Part shown: positions 34,105 to 42,970 of the stretch, piece by piece | How positions within the stretch are numbered: the stretch's first letter is position 1 | Layout: the number at the start of each line of letters is the position of its first letter | From: Candidatus Levyibacteriota bacterium | GTDB taxonomy: Bacteria > Patescibacteriota > Microgenomatia > Levybacterales > UBA12049 | Direction of reading: 5' to 3' | DNA length: 64,000 nt | NCBI GenBank assembly: GCA_016182185.1 | Contig: JACOXU010000001.1 | Coordinates: forward strand, 115,190-179,189 | Translations under genes and position numbers: made by a program | Notes under the pieces: model-generated | The model's database searches: none | Told to the model about the DNA's origin: nothing | The model's input: the letters and a program-made list of their open reading frames with translations, nothing else

Positions 34105-35898
34105 ATGTCTGACCCCTACAAGATGGTAATCATTAGCATATTGGCTTTTCTCACTCTTGTAATTGGAGTTTTAGCCTATAAATATATTTATCCAAAGAAA
34201 AATATTAGTTTATTTATTTTACTTATTTTAATATCCCTTCTCCCATTAGTAAGTCTTCTTAGGATAGGCAGTTATGAAAGCGGCGATCTGACTCAAAATG
34301 TATTTAAATCTATGGAGTTTTATAATTCGATTCAACAAGGCAATCTTATTCCTAGATGGGCAGGAAACCTTAATGCAACTTATGGATATCCGCTTTTTGT
34401 TTTTGTTTATCCACTACCTTTTTACGTGGTATTTTTTTTTCATTTTATTGGCTTTTCTTTTATTTCAAGTATCAAATTACTAATCGCATCATCGTTTATT
34501 TTATCAGGGGTTGGGATGTATTTTTTTGTAAAAGAGGAGTTTGGCAAATTTTCAGCTTTTGTAAGTGGGATATTTTATCTTTTCGCACCCTATCATCTTG
34601 TAGACATGCACTTCAGAGTGAGTATCGGAGAACTGGCTTCTTTTGCCCTCCTACCTTTTTCTTTTTTATTCGTCCATAAATTATTAATCAAGAAGTCTTC
34701 GATTATTTTTATACTTGCGGTAATTTCATTATTTTTGCTCTTTCTGGCAAACCCGGCAATTTCATTCATTTGTATCATTTTGATTGCGATATATGCAATC
34801 TTTATCTGTATTCAAAAAAAAGAAAGGAAAATCATCGATGTTATTTATCTTATTCCTGCGTTATTATTTTCCCTAGGACTTTCTGCATTTTATTGGATGC
34901 CTGTTATATTTGAATCAAAATTTACACATCAAGCGATTTATGTAAGTCAAATTAGTTTTGTAAAGTTTCAAGAATTATTGTATTCATCATGGAGGTACGG
35001 CTTTTTATTTCAAGGACCAAAGGGAGAATTATCTTTCTTGATAGGATATGTTCAAATTTTAGTGATTGCTCTTTGCATCTATTTACTAATCAAAAATCAA
35101 TTTACTAAAATTCGAAAATCAAATGTCATGTTTTATTTAATTCTTTTATTGTCATTATTTTTTTTACTTCTTCCTATCTCAAGTTTTGTCTGGGATAAAA
35201 TTTCAATTCTCAAAAATTTTCAATTTACCTATAGACTTCTTCTCTTTGTCTCATTTATCACAGCTGTCCTTGCCGGAATTCTCGCAACAAAAATTAATAA
35301 AAAAATCATACTATTTATTTGCCTCTTAGCAATTCTTCAGACAATTCTAAACTGGGGAAACCGCCGGACAATTCCTCAAATTAATGATTCTGTTCTCTCA
35401 TCTCAATTACCAATGAGCACTTCAGCAGGCGAAGGATTTCAACCTGCAGCGCCCAAATGGATCGACCCTGACAATCCGTGGCAGAAAAATATCCCGAATA
35501 ATCATCTTGAAGTATTGAGAGGCAAAGCCGAAATAACTGAGCTTGAAAGAATATCAACCAGGCATGAGTACAGAGTTAATGTATCATATATTTCAAATTT
35601 TAAAGAAAATACACTTTATTTCCCAAATTGGCAAGTAACCGCCAATAACAAAATTCTTCCGATTAATTTCACCGACCCCAAATATCCGGGAGTCATAACA
35701 TTTCAACTTGAACCGGGAAGCTATAAAATTATCGTAGAATTTAAAAATACAATTGTCAGAAATTCTTCGAATACATTAAGCGGAGTTAGTTTTTTAATTT
35801 TATTTCTATATTTGCTCTCTATTTTAATTCGAAAAGTTAATTTTTTTTCCAAAGTTTTAAATAAGCTTCTGCCATCTTCTTCCAAGTCTCATTTTTAA
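34105..35898 (+). CDS. YfhO/GT-C-like polytopic membrane protein with a C-terminal beta domain
   Basis: 597 aa. The N-terminal 420 aa or so are polytopic. Confidence 0.4.
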   Translation: MSDPYKMVIISILAFLTLVIGVLAYKYIYPKKNISLFILLILISLLPLVSLLRIGSYESGDLTQNVFKSMEFYNSIQQGNLIPRWAGNLNATYGYPLFVFVYPLPFYVVFFFHFIGFSFISSIKLLIASSFILSGVGMYFFVKEEFGKFSAFVSGIFYLFAPYHLVDMHFRVSIGELASFALLPFSFLFVHKLLIKKSSIIFILAVISLFLLFLANPAISFICIILIAIYAIFICIQKKERKIIDVIYLIPALLFSLGLSAFYWMPVIFESKFTHQAIYVSQISFVKFQELLYSSWRYGFLFQGPKGELSFLIGYVQILVIALCIYLLIKNQFTKIRKSNVMFYLILLLSLFFLLLPISSFVWDKISILKNFQFTYRLLLFVSFITAVLAGILATKINKKIILFICLLAILQTILNWGNRRTIPQINDSVLSSQLPMSTSAGEGFQPAAPKWIDPDNPWQKNIPNNHLEVLRGKAEITELERISTRHEYRVNVSYISNFKENTLYFPNWQVTANNKILPINFTDPKYPGVITFQLEPGSYKIIVEFKNTIVRNSSNTLSGVSFLILFLYLLSILIRKVNFFSKVLNKLLPSSSKSHF

Positions 35899-36931
35899 CC
35901 CATTCAAAACCTTGATCTATCATTTGATTCCTTTTTTTCTCATGTCTTAAATAATAGTTAATCTGATCGTAAAGTATACGATAATTTGGAGAAATTGAAA
36001 TGTATTTTGCAAAAGGGGCCATCTGAAGATAGTCTTTTTTTATTTCATTATTATAAGCTGCAAATATTAATTTCTGAAAAGATAATGCCTCCAATATTCC
36101 TAAATATCTTGAAGTGAATATAAAATCAGATTTTTTTAAATACGGATCAATATTGGGCACAAACCCTTTGAAAAAGGCTTTGATTTTATGTTTTTTAGAA
36201 AATTTTTCTGCTTTCTTAAATAACGATCCATCACCAAGCACTGTAACTTCGAATTTATAATTTTTCTCTTTCAAGAGCCTTAAAGCCTTAAGATACTCCA
36301 TAATCCCTGTTTCCTCTTCCAGCCTTCCAAGAAAAAGTATTTTTTGTTTTGCTTGCCCGCCGAAGTCTTGACGAGGGCGGGAGTTTTGTATTTGGAATTT
36401 ATTTGTAATCTGTAATTTGAATTTTGGAATTTTTACCGCTCCGTAGGTGACGTAGTTTGGTTTTGTCCCATACCATTTTTTCAAAAACTCCCCTACGCAA
36501 ATATTTCCATGAGAAAGTTTCTCTGCGATTTTGTGCATTAACTTTGCTTTAAATCCTGGAATTTTGTCTCCTTCATATCCATGAAAAGTTGTAAATATTT
36601 TTTTGGATGGGTATAGAAATCTAAAAGGCAGATACCAGAAGAAAACATCGTGGGCATGCACTACATCTGCATCCTGAATTAATTTTCTATTTTTAAAAAT
36701 CTCTCTCCAAATTCTGAATTTTTTAAAATAGCCGTCTCTTCCGGCATTAACTCTTAGTACAGTTATTCCTTCAATTTTTGAATTTTGAATTTTGAATTGT
36801 TGAGGAAGAATTTCAGTTACAACCGTAACTTCATGACCTAACTTAATCAATCGTCTGCTAACTTCGACCACATGCTTCTCAACTCCACCAATATGTGGAT
36901 AAAATAAACGCGATAAAAACAAAACCCTCAT
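35837..36931 (-). CDS. glycosyltransferase family 4 (GT-B)
   Basis: MRVLFLSRLFYPHIGGVEKHV… is a typical GT4 N-terminus. Holds an (AATTTTG)n tract and a degenerate heptamer tract. Confidence 0.7.
   Translation of the reverse strand: MRVLFLSRLFYPHIGGVEKHVVEVSRRLIKLGHEVTVVTEILPQQFKIQNSKIEGITVLRVNAGRDGYFKKFRIWREIFKNRKLIQDADVVHAHDVFFWYLPFRFLYPSKKIFTTFHGYEGDKIPGFKAKLMHKIAEKLSHGNICVGEFLKKWYGTKPNYVTYGAVKIPKFKLQITNKFQIQNSRPRQDFGGQAKQKILFLGRLEEETGIMEYLKALRLLKEKNYKFEVTVLGDGSLFKKAEKFSKKHKIKAFFKGFVPNIDPYLKKSDFIFTSRYLGILEALSFQKLIFAAYNNEIKKDYLQMAPFAKYISISPNYRILYDQINYYLRHEKKRNQMIDQGFEWVKNETWKKMAEAYLKLWKKN
36773..36799. repeat. (AATTTTG)~3 tandem heptanucleotide repeat inside the GT4 CDS
   Basis: Counted directly. 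Encodes QQFKIQNSKIE. Confidence 0.85.
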
Positions 36932-37662
36932 CTCTTCCTCGCAACTATAATAATATTTGATTCTCCAGAAAATGGAATTGTAAGATTATCAATAAACATT
37001 ACAATATCAGAGATAAAAAATTTAATAAACCTAACTAACTTACCGGCGAACGAATTAATAAACAAATAATTTCTTATAATACCCTCTGTTTTTTTAATAT
37101 ATACTACTTCGAATCCATTCTTTAAACACAAACTTTTCAATTCTTTAACAGTATATCTTCTCAAATGCCCCACCTTCATATCAAATTCTTTCGCCAAACC
37201 CAACCTGTATAGCGGGGCGTTTTGGGAGGGCGTTGAGATGACCAGCATTCCTTTAGAATTAAGTATCGAAAATATTTTTTTTATAGCTAAATTATCATCC
37301 TTTAAATGTTCTATAACCTCTGTGAGAATAATAAAATCAAATTTTTCATTTGGAATTTCTTCGGGAAAATTCATTTTTGTAAATTTAACATTCGTTAATT
37401 TAAGATATCTCGCGCTTTGAGTTGCATTTTCAACCGCTTTCTCGGAAATATCTAAACCCAGAACTTTGTATCCTTTATTCGCATAATATAAACAAAGCGA
37501 ACCCGCTCCACTTCCGATATCCAGGATATTTTTACTTAAGCCTAAATAATTGTCGATAATTTTTAAAATAGTTTTATAGGTAAAATTATTATTTCTAATA
37601 ATTTTAGTTTGGACAGAAGTTGTATTATGAAATTCATCATAATCTATTATCTTATTTGTCAT
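36928..37662 (-). CDS. class I SAM-dependent methyltransferase
   Basis: ILDIGSGAGSL motif I and VLGLDIS motif II. Confidence 0.7.
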   Translation of the reverse strand: MTNKIIDYDEFHNTTSVQTKIIRNNNFTYKTILKIIDNYLGLSKNILDIGSGAGSLCLYYANKGYKVLGLDISEKAVENATQSARYLKLTNVKFTKMNFPEEIPNEKFDFIILTEVIEHLKDDNLAIKKIFSILNSKGMLVISTPSQNAPLYRLGLAKEFDMKVGHLRRYTVKELKSLCLKNGFEVVYIKKTEGIIRNYLFINSFAGKLVRFIKFFISDIVMFIDNLTIPFSGESNIIIVARKR

Positions 37663-37770
37663 AAAGGATAGGATATTAAACGTATTTTACCAAATTTGTA
37701 TATTGACATAAATCATATATTTGTTTTAGTCTAATACTTATAACTAATTTCATTATTATTTACTAGCATA

Positions 37771-39627
37771 GTGAAAACTTTAAAAAGGATTCTCCCGATA
37801 ATTTTTATTTTATTTCTGTTATTTAAAACCTCAATAGTCCATGCAGATTTAGTAAATGGAGCATCTATAGATACAATTGATCTTCCATTCCAAGGAAGTA
37901 AAGAAGCACTTGTCCTAGATAAATCCCAGAATCAGTATTTTTTTGACCCTACAAAAAGTAATATTAAAACAGACGGCGATTTTACGATTGAGGCTTGGAT
38001 AAAAATTAAACAATTTCCTGCTGGGGGATCTTGGGTGGTCACAAAAGACGATGGTTCTTCCAATAGACAGTTTGGCTTTGCAGCAGCAGACATTAGGAAA
38101 ATTGCACTACAAGTAAGAGGTATCGGAAATATAAATTCGGCGAATGCTTCTCTGTCAACAAACATTTGGACATATATTGCAGTCACTTGGCATGCAGATG
38201 TTAAAAGAGCAGATTTTTACATAAATGGGCAGTATGATAGCACGACATATAGTAATGCGTTCATACCCAGTAGCGGTAATGCCGCTGAACTCCAAATTGG
38301 GAGACGGGCAGATGGAAACGCCAATACGCTTGACGGAAAAATAGCCGAAGTAAGAATATGGAATCTTGCTAGAGATTCTCTAGAAATATCTAATAATTAT
38401 AATAAAGCTCTGATAGGAAATGAGCCTGGGCTAATTGCTTATTATCCAAGATGGTCATCGGTAAATTTAAATGTTCCTCTACTTAAACAGACAGATCTCG
38501 TCTGGAAAAATAATATCTATGACTCTGCAAATATTTGGGCTCCTCTGAACCCCACTATTAATAATTGGGGCTGCGCCCTAACCTCTGCAGCAATGATCTT
38601 TCAATACCATGGGCTTACTAAGCTTCCCGACGGAACAACTCTTGACCCGGGATCATTAAATATATGGCTCAAATCTCAGCCTGACGGATATCTTAATGGT
38701 GGTAATGTGAATTGGTGGTCTCTTCCCAGACTTTCGAAATTGGCTAAAAATACAAATAGTATTACTGCATTTGAAGCACTTGAATATGAAAGAATTAATA
38801 CATCTGATAATTCTATATTGTCAAATGACATAAATAATGGAATTGCGGATATTCTGCAGGAACCAGGACATTTTGTCGTAGCCAAAGGCATTAATAATGA
38901 AACCTTCAATATAAATGACCCATTCTATAACAGAAATACATTGGATGAAGGCTATTCAAACACCTTTCTCTCTCTGAACCGATATATTCCTTCAAGTACT
39001 GATCTTTCATATATTATGATAGTAGCAAATTCAGGAATAAGTATTACCCTTAAAAATTCAGATGGGAACGAGCAAGGAGAACAATTTGAGCAACAGCCAT
39101 TGGATAATGATGAAAATCCAAGTCAAAAAAGCGGCCAGCCGATTAAAATTTTTTATTTTAAAAAGCCTGAAACCGGCCAATACCAAGTCGAGTTGAGCTC
39201 ATTAGTTAATCAAAATTATAATCTTGATTTATATTTGTATGATCAGGATGGAAATGTAAAGATTTTAAGCTACTCAGGAGTTATCGGATCGAATGCGAAC
39301 GAAACATTTGAAATAAACTTTAACAATCAGGATTCAAATAATTCCTTGAGTGAAAAAATAGTTACTTTTCAAAACTTAATTGATGATATTAACGAAGCAA
39401 AAACTTTAGATTTAATTAATAAAGGTTCTGCTAATTCACTTCTTGCAATTGCTAAAAATGCTAAAAAGAACTATGAAAGTGATCGAACTAAAATTTCCCT
39501 AAAAGAACTTGATGTTTTTCAAAAACTCCTAAATACCTTTAATACTGTACCATACGAAATTTTAATCAAAGAAGAAGCTTTTCAAATTCTTCTTTACGAC
39601 GTAAATTATCTAAAATTCCACATCTGA
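37771..39627 (+). CDS. secreted protein with a LamG-like jellyroll domain plus a peptidase-C39-like (papain-fold) domain
   Basis: Signal peptide, then LamG-like strands (DGDFTIEAWIKIK…WTYIAVTW…FYINGQ). WGCALTSAAMIFQYHG (Cys codon at 38572-38574) and EPGHFVVAKG (His at about 38868) resemble the C39 Cys/His motifs. Confidence 0.5.
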   Translation: MKTLKRILPIIFILFLLFKTSIVHADLVNGASIDTIDLPFQGSKEALVLDKSQNQYFFDPTKSNIKTDGDFTIEAWIKIKQFPAGGSWVVTKDDGSSNRQFGFAAADIRKIALQVRGIGNINSANASLSTNIWTYIAVTWHADVKRADFYINGQYDSTTYSNAFIPSSGNAAELQIGRRADGNANTLDGKIAEVRIWNLARDSLEISNNYNKALIGNEPGLIAYYPRWSSVNLNVPLLKQTDLVWKNNIYDSANIWAPLNPTINNWGCALTSAAMIFQYHGLTKLPDGTTLDPGSLNIWLKSQPDGYLNGGNVNWWSLPRLSKLAKNTNSITAFEALEYERINTSDNSILSNDINNGIADILQEPGHFVVAKGINNETFNINDPFYNRNTLDEGYSNTFLSLNRYIPSSTDLSYIMIVANSGISITLKNSDGNEQGEQFEQQPLDNDENPSQKSGQPIKIFYFKKPETGQYQVELSSLVNQNYNLDLYLYDQDGNVKILSYSGVIGSNANETFEINFNNQDSNNSLSEKIVTFQNLIDDINEAKTLDLINKGSANSLLAIAKNAKKNYESDRTKISLKELDVFQKLLNTFNTVPYEILIKEEAFQILLYDVNYLKFHI

Positions 39628-39639
39628 AACCGGATTTTG

Positions 39640-39713
39640 TGCTCGTGCCTGGATTCGAACCAGGGACCTTTGCAATGTGAATGCAACGCTCTAACCAGCT
39701 GAGCCACACGAGC
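39640..39713 (-). tRNA. tRNA-Val (anticodon CAC)
   Basis: The reverse complement folds as GCTCGTG acceptor, D-arm GCTC/GAGC, anticodon loop TTCACAT, T-arm CCTGG-TTCGAATC-CAGG. No CCA is encoded. Confidence 0.85.
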
Positions 39714-39775
39714 ATCAAACACCAACATCTTAGCATAAATGAGTGTCATTGACAAAAAAGCTCGAATAACCGAAA

Positions 39776-40345
39776 ATGAAATATATGATCTTAGAAATTT
39801 TAAGAAAAATTTACACCTTTCTGATTGATATTGTTCAGACTTTACTTTTGGCAGCGGCTGTATTTTTGGTAGTTTATGTCTTTCTCTTTAGGCCCTTTCA
39901 GGTCAACGGAGACTCAATGTACCCGAATTTTCATGATAAGGAATATATTCTAACAAATATAATTGTGCTTAACTTTGAAGAACCCAAAAGAGGAGAAGTA
40001 ATAGTCTTTAAGGCTCCGCCTGACCCTGAAAAGGATTATATAAAAAGGGTGATAGGGGTGTCTGGAGATAAAGTCACAATCGAAAAGGGACAAGTTTATT
40101 TAAACGATCAAAAGCTTGATGAAAGTAAATATCTCAAATCCGATGTTTTGACTTTTGGAGGATCTTTCCTGAAGGAAAACAGTCAAGTTACAGTGCCTAG
40201 TCAGATGTATTTTGTTCTAGGAGATAATAGATCCTTCAGCTCCGATTCAAGAGAATGGGGATTTGTGTCAAAAAAATCTGTGATCGGTAAATCCTTCTTT
40301 GTTTACTGGCCGCTAAACAAGCTTGGGTTTGTCAAAAATCTTTAA
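39776..40345 (+). CDS. lepB: signal peptidase I
   Basis: Box B GDSMYPNF with the catalytic Ser. Box D/E VLGDNRSFSSDSREWGFV. Confidence 0.85.
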   Translation: MKYMILEILRKIYTFLIDIVQTLLLAAAVFLVVYVFLFRPFQVNGDSMYPNFHDKEYILTNIIVLNFEEPKRGEVIVFKAPPDPEKDYIKRVIGVSGDKVTIEKGQVYLNDQKLDESKYLKSDVLTFGGSFLKENSQVTVPSQMYFVLGDNRSFSSDSREWGFVSKKSVIGKSFFVYWPLNKLGFVKNL

Positions 40346-41169
40346 ACTCCGGCTTTCATCAGAATATCGTAGATCTCCTTAAGCTTTGGTGTAGTTTTGT
40401 CTGTTTCTCCTCTTACTGCAATAACCATTCTAGCAAGACTTCTTGACTGGAAAACTGTCACCTTATCTAATTCAAGCTTTTTCTCAATCTCTTTGGCCAT
40501 TTCATCAAGCTCTGGAATCCAAAGCCTGTCATGCGGTGTACGGGGTTCTTTTTTTTCTATTTCTGCTTTGACCTGACGTGCCATATCCTCTGTCTGGCGA
40601 ACGGTACTATTTTCCCGCAATATCTTCTTGAACAAATCAAGCATTGCCTTCTGGTCTCCGAGTGAAATCAGCGGTCTCACATGCCCTTCTGTAATTACTC
40701 CAGCAACTAAAGCATCTTTGATTGCATCAGGGAGCGTCAAGAGTCTAATTGTATTTGATACGGCAGGAGCGCTCTTACCAACTCTTTTGGCAACTTCATT
40801 AGTTCCGAGTCCAAATTCATCAATAAGCCTTTTGTAGGCTAGTGCTTTTTCGATTGGGTTTAAATCCTCCCTCTGGACATTCTCAACTATCGACATTTCA
40901 AGCATTGCCTGAGGAGTTGTTTCTTTCACAACTACCGGAACCTTCAAGAGTCCAAGTAGCTTAGCCGCTCTCCACCTTCGTTCTCCTGCAATAATTTGAT
41001 ATCCTGCAGGAGTCCTGGCAACAACCAGAGGTTCAAGTATTCCCTGTTCTCTAATTGATTCAGCCAGCTCATTTAATGATTCAGGGGAAATTACCCCACG
41101 AGGCTGTAAGGGGTTTGTCTGGAGCATATTGACATCAAGCTCAAAAATTCTCTCTTCCTGCTCTTCCAT
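40342..41169 (-). CDS. parB: chromosome partitioning protein ParB/Spo0J
   Basis: ParB box GILEPLVV…GYQIIAGERRWRAAKL. Confidence 0.85.
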   Translation of the reverse strand: MEEQEERIFELDVNMLQTNPLQPRGVISPESLNELAESIREQGILEPLVVARTPAGYQIIAGERRWRAAKLLGLLKVPVVVKETTPQAMLEMSIVENVQREDLNPIEKALAYKRLIDEFGLGTNEVAKRVGKSAPAVSNTIRLLTLPDAIKDALVAGVITEGHVRPLISLGDQKAMLDLFKKILRENSTVRQTEDMARQVKAEIEKKEPRTPHDRLWIPELDEMAKEIEKKLELDKVTVFQSRSLARMVIAVRGETDKTTPKLKEIYDILMKAGV

Positions 41170-41177
41170 AAAATAAA

Positions 41178-41423
41178 TTAGATGACTTCAACAACCTTTT
41201 TACCTCTTGACGTTTTAAAAGAGACTATCCCATTTTGGACAGCAAACAAGGTAAAATCCCTACCCATCTCAACTCCTGTTCCTGGAAAAAATTTAGTTCC
41301 TCTTTGTCGTACAATAATATTTCCTGAGTTTATATTTTGTCCTCCATAGACTTTAATACCAAGACGTTTGGCCCTGGAATCTCTATTTCCTTTTACTGCT
41401 CCTTGTGACTTTGTATGTGCCAT
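41178..41423 (-). CDS. rpmA: 50S ribosomal protein L27
   Basis: [16 protein letters not shown]…G.K. is near-canonical L27. Confidence 0.9.
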   Translation of the reverse strand: MAHTKSQGAVKGNRDSRAKRLGIKVYGGQNINSGNIIVRQRGTKFFPGTGVEMGRDFTLFAVQNGIVSFKTSRGKKVVEVI

Positions 41424-41530
41424 AGTTAGTTTTTAGTTCTTAGATATTAGTTATTAGTTAAATACCGTGAAAATCAAGCAAATTATAACAATCCTTTTCA
41501 CAACGGTCAAGGGGGTCAAAATACATCAAT

Positions 41531-41863
41531 TTATCTGGACTTTGATTTAATAAGCTCAATATCCTCAATCTGAAGCCTAGTTAGCCTTGATCTAAATCCC
41601 GAGATTCTTCGATGTCTTACTTTGGCCTGAAATTTTGCCACTCTTATCTTTTTTCCTTTTTTTTGCTCAAGTACTTTTGCCTTAACCTTGACTCCTGAAA
41701 GTTTTGGTTTGCCGATTTTTATCTGACCGTCCTGAACATAAAGAAGTACATTATCAATGTCTATCTTGGAATTTCCCTCTTCGGCAATCCTGTCAACTTC
41801 GATAATATCCCCCTTGGATATTCTGTATTGCTTTGATCCTAAATTTATTACTGCGTATTCCAT
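41531..41863 (-). CDS. rplU: 50S ribosomal protein L21
   Basis: MEYAVINLGSKQYRISKGDII… is canonical L21. Upstream of rpmA. Confidence 0.85.
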   Translation of the reverse strand: MEYAVINLGSKQYRISKGDIIEVDRIAEEGNSKIDIDNVLLYVQDGQIKIGKPKLSGVKVKAKVLEQKKGKKIRVAKFQAKVRHRRISGFRSRLTRLQIEDIELIKSKSR

Positions 41864-41887
41864 AGAAGAACAATTATACCAAACAAA

Positions 41888-42970
41888 TTACCTAATTTCT
41901 AGAATCTCCCTGTTTGATGATGTTTTAACAATTGAGGAAAGAAATCCCAACAATATAAAATTAGACAAAAGAGAGCTCCCTCCATATGAAACAAACGGAA
42001 GAGTAATTCCTACAATTGGGAGCACTCCCAAATTCATTCCGATATTTATTGAAAACTGAACAAAAATTAAAAAAAAGGAAGACACTGCAACTAGCTTACA
42101 GAAGTAATCATCAGATTGATTGTAGATAGAGTGTATTTTTGCCAGCAGGAATATGAATGCGCCGATTACTATCAATGCACCAAAGAAGCCAAGTGCTTCA
42201 GAAAGTGTTGAAAAAATAAAGTCAGTGTGCCTTTCGGGCAAAAATCTCAGTATTGATTGCGTCCCCTGTCCAAGCCCCCTACCAAACAAGGACCCTGAAC
42301 CTATTGCAATAATTGCCTGTATGGCATTGTAGGACGTACCTAACGGGTCGCTTTTAAGGTTTAAAAACGTAATTAAACGCTCCCTCTGATAGCCATGAAG
42401 AAAGTTCCAGATGATTGGAAGCATCGATAGAAAAAATAAAAAAGATAATATAAAGAAACGAATTGAGAAACCTAGGTTAAAAAGAACCAAAAATACTACA
42501 AACACAAAAACCAATGCATTACCAAGATCCGGTTGAAGAAATATCAGAAGTGCTATAGGGAACAAAAAAACTAGATTCAAAATAAAATTTTTGAACGATT
42601 TCTTATCTTGTGATGACAGAAAAGAAGCAAAAGAAAAAATCAAAAACGGTTTGATAAGCTCAGAAAATTGCACTCTGAAACCTAGAAATTCAAACCAGCG
42701 AACTGACCCTCTGCTCTCAATTCCTATAATAAGCACCAAGAGCAACAATAATATTGAAGATACGTAAATTATAAAATCGTATTGTTTAATTGTGTGATAA
42801 TTTATTTTTGAGAAAAAGAAAAAAACAAAGATAGAGATAATAGAAAAAATTAGCTGGGATTTAAACAAATTAATATTTATTGTAAAAATTGTCGTAAGTC
42901 CCAAAATTAAAAGTATCAAAACCGGAGTCAGGAGTCCCCAGTCAATATCCAAAAATGTACGTTTATTCAT
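41888..42970 (-). CDS. rodA: SEDS-family peptidoglycan glycosyltransferase (RodA/FtsW type)
   Basis: LPIVGITLPFVSYGGSSL C-terminal SEDS motif. 360 aa, polytopic. Confidence 0.8.
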   Translation of the reverse strand: MNKRTFLDIDWGLLTPVLILLILGLTTIFTININLFKSQLIFSIISIFVFFFFSKINYHTIKQYDFIIYVSSILLLLLVLIIGIESRGSVRWFEFLGFRVQFSELIKPFLIFSFASFLSSQDKKSFKNFILNLVFLFPIALLIFLQPDLGNALVFVFVVFLVLFNLGFSIRFFILSFLFFLSMLPIIWNFLHGYQRERLITFLNLKSDPLGTSYNAIQAIIAIGSGSLFGRGLGQGTQSILRFLPERHTDFIFSTLSEALGFFGALIVIGAFIFLLAKIHSIYNQSDDYFCKLVAVSSFFLIFVQFSINIGMNLGVLPIVGITLPFVSYGGSSLLSNFILLGFLSSIVKTSSNREILEIR

